A DNA stretch of 64,000 bases, from positions 76,835 through 140,834 of the forward strand of contig CAZOQW010000001.1 in NCBI GenBank assembly GCA_964582235.1. Reading direction: 5' to 3'. The notes under the pieces are model-generated. The model made no database searches. It was not told the origin of the DNA and saw only the letters and a list, made by a program, of their open reading frames with translations. Below are positions 17,613 to 24,936 of this stretch, piece after piece. The position numbers and the translations under genes are program-made. How positions within the stretch are numbered: the first letter of the stretch is position 1; the number at the start of each line of letters is the position of its first letter. The DNA comes from an uncultured Muribaculaceae bacterium (GTDB lineage Bacteria; Bacteroidota; Bacteroidia; Bacteroidales; UBA932).

Positions 17613-18954
17613 GGTCGGTTCCCACCTGGCGAAAATGCTCCGCTCGGAGAACAACAACGTGACGGTAATCGACAACGACCCGCACCGTATTGCCGAACTG
17701 ACCTCGTGGACAGACGTAAACACCGTCTGCGGGAATCTCACGTCCATCAAGGTACTGAGGGAGGCAGGGACGGCCAAGGCCGACCTGTTCATAGGAGTGT
17801 GCCCCGGAGCGACCCAGGAAATCAATCTCGTGTGCTGCATCATCGCCAAAAGATTAGGTGCAGGCAAGGTGATAGCCCGCATCAAGGACGAGGACTATCT
17901 CACAAAGGAGAACAGACAGCTGTTCCGCGAATTGGGCATAGACCTGATTTTCTACCCGGAAAAGTCGGCCGCCAACGCAATACTGAACTATCTCAGGCAC
18001 AATTCCTCATCGGACGTGCTCGAATTTGCGAAAGGAAAGCTGCAGATTGCCGTGTACAGGCTCAACGAGGAATCCCCGATGGTGGACATGCGCTTCTCGG
18101 AATACATCAAGTCATTGACTGCGGACGATCTGCGGAAATTCAGGCTCATAGCCGTGTCGCGCAACGGAAAGGCCATAATCCCGAAACTCAACACCCATTT
18201 CAAATTCGCTGATCTCGTGTTCACCATGTATAAGCAGGAGGATGCGGCGGACATAGACAGGCTGTTCGGGAAGAACAACATCGCAATACGCAGGGTGTTC
18301 ATCATAGGGGGAAGCCCGATAGCCGAGATACTGGCTGCGCTGCTCGACCGCAACGGCCTGGAAGTCAAACTGGTGGAGAAGGACAAGGACAGGTGTATCG
18401 AACTCTCGGAAAAACTGCCGGACAGCGTGGACATAGTCTGTGGCGACGGACGCAATTCCGATTTCCTGCTGGAGGAGAACATACAGAGGTATGATGCTTT
18501 CGTGGCCTTGAGCAACAACGATGAGAGCAACGTGCTGTCCTGCGTGGTGGCACACAAATTCGGGGTGGCACGCACGGTGGCGGAAGTCGAGAACATCGAA
18601 TATGTCAGGCTCGCCGAGGAGATGGGCGTGGACAACGTAATCAACAAGAAACTGCTCAGCGCGGGAAGGATTTTCCGCCTGACCCTCTCCAACGGACCGA
18701 GGATAGTGCGCTACATGGCGGGAACGGACACGGAGGTGATGGAATACACGGTGCCCAAAGGCTCGGCCATCACCAAGGCTGCAATCAAGGACATAAACTT
18801 CCCCAAGGACGCTATCATAGGCGGAGTGGTGCGTGGAGACGACGCATTCATAGCCGTGGGCGACAGCCGTATAGAACCCGGAGACAGGGTGGCGGTGTTC
18901 ACTCTGCCGGAAAGTCTGAAGGAAATCGACGAGCTGTTCAAAAGTAGGTTCTGA
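17584..18954 (+). CDS. trkA: Trk potassium uptake NAD-binding subunit
   Basis: Two RCK N/C pairs; IVIVGAGEVG, IIGGSPIA, DE.N.LSC..A. Confidence 0.93.
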   Translation: MRIVIVGAGEVGSHLAKMLRSENNNVTVIDNDPHRIAELTSWTDVNTVCGNLTSIKVLREAGTAKADLFIGVCPGATQEINLVCCIIAKRLGAGKVIARIKDEDYLTKENRQLFRELGIDLIFYPEKSAANAILNYLRHNSSSDVLEFAKGKLQIAVYRLNEESPMVDMRFSEYIKSLTADDLRKFRLIAVSRNGKAIIPKLNTHFKFADLVFTMYKQEDAADIDRLFGKNNIAIRRVFIIGGSPIAEILAALLDRNGLEVKLVEKDKDRCIELSEKLPDSVDIVCGDGRNSDFLLEENIQRYDAFVALSNNDESNVLSCVVAHKFGVARTVAEVENIEYVRLAEEMGVDNVINKKLLSAGRIFRLTLSNGPRIVRYMAGTDTEVMEYTVPKGSAITKAAIKDINFPKDAIIGGVVRGDDAFIAVGDSRIEPGDRVAVFTLPESLKEIDELFKSRF

Positions 18955-18980
18955 CAATGTGTCAGTGGCAAATGTTTTGA
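18951..18980 (+). promoter_or_regulatory. Palindrome CTGACA-N3-TGTCAG abutting a sigma54-like TGGCA-N6-TTGA box upstream of grpE-dnaJ
   Basis: ctgacaatgtgtcag (18951-18965) then tggcaaatgttttga (18966-18980). Confidence 0.45.
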
Positions 18981-19013
18981 TTCAATGCCGCGCGACATAT
19001 AAAAGCGACAATT

Positions 19014-19598
19014 ATGGCAGACGAAAAAGATACTGTAATGCAGCAGGAAGCTGAAACCAAAGAAAGCAAAAAGGCGGAAAAGGCCGAAAACAAGCAGGAA
19101 AAGAAGCAGAAAAAGGTAGAAAAGGAGGTAAAGAAAGAGGAACTGCTGAAAAAGCAGGTGGAGGAACTATCTGACAAATTGACGGCAGCCAGTAACGACT
19201 ATCTCCGCCTCATGGCCGAATTCGAGACTTTCCGCAGGCGCAGCGCAGAAGACAGGCTCAATCTCGTGTCCTCCGCTGCGGCCGATACCGTAAAGGGGTT
19301 GCTTCCGGTGCTGGATGACTGCGAAAGGGCGATGGCCCTGCTCTCCGAATCGTCCGACGAGGCGGCAAAAGAGGGTACCAGTCTGATTTACAACAAGTTG
19401 ATGGATTATCTCAAGTCGCTTGGACTTGAAAAAATAGAGGCGAAAGGCGAAGTGTTCGACACCGACTTCCATGAGGCTCTGACCCAGATGCCTGCCGGAA
19501 GCGAGGACATGAAGGGCAAGGTACTGGATGTAATCCAGACCGGCTACACTTTCAACGGCAAGATACTCCGCTACGCCAAGGTAGTGGTAGGAGCATAA
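19014..19598 (+). CDS. grpE: Nucleotide exchange factor GrpE
   Basis: YLRLMAEFETFRRR, LLPVLDD.ERA, FDTDFHEA, GY....KILR.AKVVV. Confidence 0.96.
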   Translation: MADEKDTVMQQEAETKESKKAEKAENKQEKKQKKVEKEVKKEELLKKQVEELSDKLTAASNDYLRLMAEFETFRRRSAEDRLNLVSSAAADTVKGLLPVLDDCERAMALLSESSDEAAKEGTSLIYNKLMDYLKSLGLEKIEAKGEVFDTDFHEALTQMPAGSEDMKGKVLDVIQTGYTFNGKILRYAKVVVGA

Positions 19599-19601
19599 AT
19601 T

Positions 19602-20756
19602 ATGGCAGAAAAAAGAGATTATTATGAGGTGCTGGGCCTTTCCAAAGGTGCCAGCGCTGATGACATAAAGGGAGCATACCGCAAAGCGGCTCTGAAATGG
19701 CATCCCGACCGCTGGGTAAACGGCACGGAGGAAGAGAAAAAGACGGCCGAGGAGAAGTTCAAGGAAGCTTCAGAGGCCTATTCCGTGCTCAGTGACCCGA
19801 ACAAGAAGGCCAAGTATGACCAGTTCGGCTTCGCCGGAGTGGGAGACAGCGGACAACCCGACTGGAGTCAGGGCTTCGGAGACCTCAACGACCTGTTGAA
19901 CAATATCTTCGGCGGCTTCGGATTCAGGCCCGGCGGAGCTTACGGCGGCAGCACCCGCACGGCCAACACCCGTGGCCGTGACCTTCAGGTCAGCGTCCGA
20001 CTGACCCTTGAGGAAATCGCAAGCGGCTGCGAGAAGGAAATCACCGTAGAACGCGCACGTCCCTGCAGGACCTGCAACGGACGCGGCACCAAGAACACTT
20101 CCGACATACGCACCTGTCCCACCTGTAATGGCGCCGGACAAATTCAGAGGACCAGCGGTGGATGGCTGTTCTCACAGGTTTCCTATTCCGTCTGCCCCAA
20201 CTGCAACGGCAGCGGCCAGGTGGTGAACAACCCCTGCGGCAGTTGCCGTGGTACCGGAGTAGAGCGCGTGCGTGAGAAGATAAAGGTAAGGATACCCGCA
20301 GGCGTGAGCGGCGGAATGCAGATAACCATGCGCGGCGAGGGCGACAGCGGAGTGCGCGGAGGAGCCAACGGCGACCTTTACATCAACATCGAGGAGCAGC
20401 CGCATTCACATTTCCGCAGGGACGGCAACAACCTCTTCTACACCAGAGTCATCAGTGTGACGGATGCCATGCTCGGAACCGAGATCAGCGTGCCCTGCCT
20501 CGACGGACCGCAGAAGCTCAAGCTCGATGCCGGAACCCAGCCGGGAACGGTGGAGAAATTGCGCGGCAAGGGTCTGCCTTCAGTAAACGGCTACGGCAAA
20601 GGCGACCTCTACGTCAAGATTCTCGTGTGGATACCCCACAAGATGAAGCGCGACGAGAAGGAGGCCATCGAAAAAATGCGTTCGAGCGAGACCTTCAAGC
20701 CGAATCCTACACGGGACGACAGGCAGGTAATTGAAAAAGAAATGAATTTCTTTTAA
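19602..20756 (+). CDS. dnaJ: Chaperone DnaJ
   Basis: J-domain with HPD, G/F region, four CxxCxGxG repeats. Confidence 0.97.
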   Translation: MAEKRDYYEVLGLSKGASADDIKGAYRKAALKWHPDRWVNGTEEEKKTAEEKFKEASEAYSVLSDPNKKAKYDQFGFAGVGDSGQPDWSQGFGDLNDLLNNIFGGFGFRPGGAYGGSTRTANTRGRDLQVSVRLTLEEIASGCEKEITVERARPCRTCNGRGTKNTSDIRTCPTCNGAGQIQRTSGGWLFSQVSYSVCPNCNGSGQVVNNPCGSCRGTGVERVREKIKVRIPAGVSGGMQITMRGEGDSGVRGGANGDLYINIEEQPHSHFRRDGNNLFYTRVISVTDAMLGTEISVPCLDGPQKLKLDAGTQPGTVEKLRGKGLPSVNGYGKGDLYVKILVWIPHKMKRDEKEAIEKMRSSETFKPNPTRDDRQVIEKEMNFF

Positions 20757-20784
20757 AAAAATTTGTCAGAATTGATTTTGTTAC

Positions 20785-20792
20785 TATATTTG
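20785..20792 (+). promoter_or_regulatory. -7 promoter element (TATATTTG) for rplS and tRNA-Arg
   Basis: Consensus match 70 nt upstream of rplS. Confidence 0.7.
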
Positions 20793-20861
20793 CAGTCCCA
20801 AAAACGAGCAGCCGCTCTTCAGACGGTTTGATGATGCTGCAGGAAAAGTACAAATTGATTT

Positions 20862-21245
20862 ATGGATTACATCAAGTTGGTTGAGGAGATGTTCTCTGAG
20901 CACAAGGCAGCGAACTATCCCGAGTTTAAGGCCGGTGACACCATCACCGTTACCTACAAGATTAAAGAAGGTGACAAGTTCAGGCTCCAGAGTTTCCGCG
21001 GAGTGGTTATTCAGATTTGCGGAGCGACTCCTCAGGTAAGGACTTTCACGATACGCAAGGTATCGAACGGAGTGGGCGTTGAGAGGATTTTCCCTTACGA
21101 GTCACCCGCAATTGAAAAGATTGAACTTAACAAGGTTGGTAAAGTGCGTCGCGCACGCATATTCTACCTCCGCAAGCTCTCTGGCAAGAAGGCCCGCATC
21201 AAGGAAGCGAAGCGCAATGTGACCAAAGAGGCTGCAAGCGAATAA
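20862..21245 (+). CDS. rplS: 50S ribosomal protein L19
   Basis: F.AGDTITV..KIKEG.K.R.Q.F.G.VI, GVGVERIFP..SP, GKVRRARIFYLR.L.GKKARIKE. Confidence 0.97.
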   Translation: MDYIKLVEEMFSEHKAANYPEFKAGDTITVTYKIKEGDKFRLQSFRGVVIQICGATPQVRTFTIRKVSNGVGVERIFPYESPAIEKIELNKVGKVRRARIFYLRKLSGKKARIKEAKRNVTKEAASE

Positions 21246-21274
21246 AGTTAAAGACCGGTTAAACGGTCTGATTC

Positions 21275-21348
21275 GGCGCCTTAGCTCAATTGAATAGAGC
21301 ATTTGACTACGGATCAAAAGGTTGCAGGTTTGAGTCCTGCAGGCGTCA
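21275..21348 (+). tRNA. tRNA-Arg(ACG)
   Basis: Acceptor ggcgcct/aggcgtc, anticodon arm tttga-ctACGga-tcaaa, T arm gcagg/cctgc. Confidence 0.95.
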
Positions 21349-21351
21349 CAA

Positions 21352-21385
21352 AGACGGTTGAAAGCAATTTCAGCCGTCTTTTTTT
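21352..21385 (+). terminator. Terminator hairpin after tRNA-Arg
   Basis: agacggttgaaa-gcaa-tttcagccgtct followed by a T-run; same arms as the tRNA-Cys terminator. Confidence 0.75.
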
Positions 21386-21449
21386 GTGTCCTACCCCACC
21401 CGGTCCATTCCCAACTTGGCTGTGAGAAACGCGAAAATACAAGAAAACC

Positions 21450-22661
21450 ATGACATCATTGAAAGTAAAATTCCGCCCCTCTACTGTGACCGCAAAAGAG
21501 GGAACGTTGTATTATCAAGTGATACACAACCGCATGGTGCGGCAGATCAGCACCGGTTACAGATTGTTCGCGAATGAATGGGACGGCAAGAACATTGTGC
21601 TGCCCGACGGGACGGACCACACAGATCGAAGCTGCTATTTGAACGGACTGCTTAACTGCCTGCGACAGGACACTGCCCGCTTGCAGTCCATCATCCAAAG
21701 CTTGGAACGGCAAGGCGGGACATTCACGTCTGAAGAGGTGATTAATGCGTACCTCGCGCCGGAGAGAGACACGGGCATGTTCTGCGCCTTTGCCCGCAGC
21801 GTGGCGGATCAGATGAAACGCATTGGCAAGGAACGCCTTTCGGAAACATATCACAGCTCAGTGAACAGTTTCCTGCGCTTCCGCGGCGTGGAGGGCGACG
21901 TTCCATTGGAGGATGTCGATGCCGACCTAATGTCGGAGTATGAAGCTTATCTGCAGGGACAAGGTCTGGTACCCAACACCACCTCGTTTTACATGCGCAA
22001 CCTGCGTGCAATCTATAACCGCGCGGTAGAAAAGAAATTGGTGGATGACCGACAGCCGTTCAGGCACGTTTATACCGGCATCGGGAAAACCGTGAAACGA
22101 GCAGTCACGCCTGAGATTATGAGCCGCATCAAACAACTTGACGTTCCGTCGGGCAGCCTGTTGGAACTGGCACGCGACCTGTTCATGTTCAGCTTCTACA
22201 CACGCGGCATGTCATTCATCGATATGGCCCATCTGAAAAAGAAAGACTTGCAAAACGGCTTGCTTGTCTACCGTCGGCAGAAAACCGGACAGCAACTGTT
22301 CATCAAGTGGGAGCAGCCCATGCAGGAAATCGTCAGCCGGTATGCCGACCCGGAATCGCCCTACCTGTTGCCCATTATCACCCGTCCCGGAGAGGACGAA
22401 CGGCGACAGTACCTGAGTGCCATACACCGCATAAATACCCGTTTGAAAGAAATCGGGAATCGTGTAAACGCCACAATAACATTGACTTCGTATGTTTCGA
22501 GGCACGGGTGGGCCAGCATAGCCAAGAGTCGGAACGTGCCGATTGCCGTTATCAGTGAAGCCCTGGGACATGAGTCTGAAAGTACCACGCGTATCTACTT
22601 GGCATCATTGGATTCATCCGTAGTGGATAATGCGAACAGCAAGGTCATCTATTCCGTCTGA
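21450..22661 (+). CDS. Tyrosine site-specific recombinase (Bacteroidetes integrase/invertase type)
   Basis: N-terminal arm-binding-like domain, SAM-like middle, catalytic YTRGM.F.D, YRRQKT, YVSRHGWAS, ISEALGH, TRIY. Confidence 0.92.
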   Translation: MTSLKVKFRPSTVTAKEGTLYYQVIHNRMVRQISTGYRLFANEWDGKNIVLPDGTDHTDRSCYLNGLLNCLRQDTARLQSIIQSLERQGGTFTSEEVINAYLAPERDTGMFCAFARSVADQMKRIGKERLSETYHSSVNSFLRFRGVEGDVPLEDVDADLMSEYEAYLQGQGLVPNTTSFYMRNLRAIYNRAVEKKLVDDRQPFRHVYTGIGKTVKRAVTPEIMSRIKQLDVPSGSLLELARDLFMFSFYTRGMSFIDMAHLKKKDLQNGLLVYRRQKTGQQLFIKWEQPMQEIVSRYADPESPYLLPIITRPGEDERRQYLSAIHRINTRLKEIGNRVNATITLTSYVSRHGWASIAKSRNVPIAVISEALGHESESTTRIYLASLDSSVVDNANSKVIYSV

Positions 22662-22704
22662 AGAAGCGTAGCGGGGAACACGGGAATGCCGGAAGTGTTG
22701 GGAA

Positions 22705-22920
22705 ACATCTCTTGGTAAGAGATGTCTTTAAACCTCGCAAAGATATAAAAAATCCACTAACTGCCACATAAAAACAGCACAAAACATCCGGCTTGAGTCT
22801 ATTGGTATTGCTGTGTTTCACAAAATTCAAGGATTTGTTTCACAAACCCGAATTACAATTTATGCAAATGCTTCGCTTTCAGGCAGGAAGCATAAAGTTC
22901 CATCTCTTACCAAGAGATGT
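22705..22920. mobile_element. Invertible promoter segment (inverton), 216 bp, bounded by 20-bp perfect inverted repeats
   Basis: acatctcttggtaagagatg (22705-22724) and catctcttaccaagagatgt (22901-22920) are exact reverse complements; lies between the recombinase and upxY. Confidence 0.9.
22738..22768 (-). promoter_or_regulatory. Promoter inside the inverton (TGTG-N19-TATCTTTG) pointing away from the capsule genes (OFF)
   Basis: caaagata at 22738-22745 and caca at 22765-22768 on the plus strand. Confidence 0.75.
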
Positions 22921-23027
22921 ACCGGTCGGGACGAATTATCCCCCCCCCGAACTTTTTTGCAGAAATGCGGTAACTCCATGTGTATCAATCAGATTGACAC
23001 ACATGGAGGAATCAGGAAAGTGCCCAC

Positions 23028-23615
23028 ATGACCATTAACGTCTCAAAGACATTTCTTTATCCTATGAGCAACGGAATGCAAGCGGAACAAGACAGCCGAC
23101 AATGGTTTGCCCTGCGCGACCTTAAGCGCAGGCACGCCAAGTTACCCGCTTACAAAATGTTCGAGGGCTTGAATATGCGGTTCTTCACTCCCATGGAACA
23201 CAGGTTGGTCGTTGTGAACGGCAAACGAGTGGATCAGGAAGTGCCTTTCATTCAAGATTTGCTTTTCGTGAAGGACACGAGGGAACATCTCGATTCCATC
23301 GTGGAAAGCACACCCAAGTTGCAATACCGCTATAGGTTAGGAATGCGGAACACGCCCATTGTCATACCGACCGCCGAAATGGAACGCTTCATAAATGCGG
23401 TGGAGGCCAGCGAGCATCCCAAATTCTACTCCCCCGATGAGGTGACAGCCGACATGAGGAAACGGCAGGTCCGCATCATCGGCGGGCTGCTGGACGGACA
23501 GACGGGCACCTTGGTGACCACACGCGGCTCAAAGACCAAAAGATTGCTGGTGGAATTGCCTGCTCTATTGGTAGCTTCGGTGGAGGTCGAGCCGGAATAT
23601 ATCCAATTGGTGTGA
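23028..23615 (+). CDS. upxY: UpxY-family (NusG paralog) antiterminator
   Basis: WFALR, V.QEVPFI..LLFV, P.VIP..EM..FI, KOW-like VRIIGG.L.G..G; first gene of the locus; true start may be 23064 or 23076. Confidence 0.85.
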   Translation: MTINVSKTFLYPMSNGMQAEQDSRQWFALRDLKRRHAKLPAYKMFEGLNMRFFTPMEHRLVVVNGKRVDQEVPFIQDLLFVKDTREHLDSIVESTPKLQYRYRLGMRNTPIVIPTAEMERFINAVEASEHPKFYSPDEVTADMRKRQVRIIGGLLDGQTGTLVTTRGSKTKRLLVELPALLVASVEVEPEYIQLV

Positions 23616-23648
23616 CTCATTGTATAAATACTAAAGTGAGTACTTGAT

Positions 23649-24089
23649 ATGACTTATCTGCTTTTGATAAGTAGTTTCCTGCTATCTGTATTGCTTGGGA
23701 TGATGATTATCCCCGAAATACTGCTGATTTCCCACAAGAAACGCCTGTTCGATATGCCCGACAGCCGCAAGGTGCATACCACGCCCATCCCGCGCCTCGG
23801 AGGACTATCTTTCTTCCCGGTGATACTCATCACCACGTGCCTCGTGCTGGGAATCAGTTATTATGCAGGCTTCCCCATCAAGAACCTGCCGGCCAATGCC
23901 ATGTTTTACGAGTTTCCGTTCATCACGGTCGGATGTATGATGCTTTACCTGACGGGGATGACGGACGATCTGATAGGTGTCCCATACCGCCGCAAGTTCC
24001 TTGTGCAGATTACCGCCGCCCTGATGCGGTTGGGCATCAATCGGATTATCAGGCGGCATGAACGCATGACCGGACAGACATCAAACTGA
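23649..24089 (+). pseudogene. WecA/MraY-family initiating transferase, internally truncated
   Basis: LFDMPDSRKVHTTPIPRLGG, GMTDDLIGV..RRKF.VQ, then directly a short tail; 146 aa, lacks the N.IDG.DGL and FMGD motifs. Confidence 0.8.
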
Positions 24090-24106
24090 AAACAACCGAC
24101 CATCGA

Positions 24107-24919
24107 ATGAAAACAACATTATTCGCCTTTTCCCTGCTATTGGCGGGAACGGCGTTCCTGAGTTCCTGCGGTACATCCAAGAATGTAATCTATTTCCAGG
24201 ACCTGCAACCGGGGAAAAGTGAGATAACACTGCCGGATGTGAAAGCCATCACCGTGCAGCCGGAAGACAAAATCTCAATCATCGTCAACAGCCGCGACCC
24301 GCAGCTGACGGACTTGTTCAATTTGCCGTATGTGACAAGGCAGCTTGGCCAATCTTCGACGAATTATTCAACTACATACAGTGCAGGCATTTCGGGATAT
24401 ACAGTGGATGCCAGCGGAGACATCGACTTCCCTGTACTAGGCAAAATACACGTGGCCGGCATGAAAAGGGAGGAGGTGGCCGCCTACATCAAGGACAGAC
24501 TGGTCGCCGACAATCTGGTAAAAGACCCCGTGGTGACCGTAGAGTTTATGAACCTGTGCATATCAGTATTAGGTGAAGTGAATAATCCGGGAAGATTTGA
24601 CATCGACCGCGATAAGGTGACTGTGCTTGATGCCCTCAGTATGGCGGGCGACCTGACCATCTACGGTAACCGCTCCAAAGTCATGGTACTCCGTCAGGAA
24701 GGAGAAGTGCAGCGAGTCTATGGTATTGACTTGACGTCCGGCAGGCATATATACACGTCCCCAGCTTATTACTTGCAGCAAAATGACGTGATTTATGTTG
24801 AGCCCAATGATGTAAGGTCAAGGCAATCCACCGTAAATGGCAACAATGTACGCTCAACGTCATTTTGGATTTCATTGGGATCTCTGTTGACATCTATCGC
24901 TATCCTCATATTTAACTAA
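24107..24919 (+). CDS. wza: Polysaccharide export outer-membrane lipoprotein
   Basis: Lipobox LSSC, Y.VD..G.I.FP.LG, VLGEV..PG, DALSMAGDLT.YG.R, YYLQQNDVIYVEPN. Confidence 0.9.
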   Translation: MKTTLFAFSLLLAGTAFLSSCGTSKNVIYFQDLQPGKSEITLPDVKAITVQPEDKISIIVNSRDPQLTDLFNLPYVTRQLGQSSTNYSTTYSAGISGYTVDASGDIDFPVLGKIHVAGMKREEVAAYIKDRLVADNLVKDPVVTVEFMNLCISVLGEVNNPGRFDIDRDKVTVLDALSMAGDLTIYGNRSKVMVLRQEGEVQRVYGIDLTSGRHIYTSPAYYLQQNDVIYVEPNDVRSRQSTVNGNNVRSTSFWISLGSLLTSIAILIFN

Positions 24920-24936
24920 ACCCAGATAATAGATCA

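Noticed and set aside
22793-23038. Small ORFs across the inverton (22793-23038, 22813-23031, 22645-22830)
   Set aside because: They cross the recombination sites and would be broken by inversion; no recognisable motifs.
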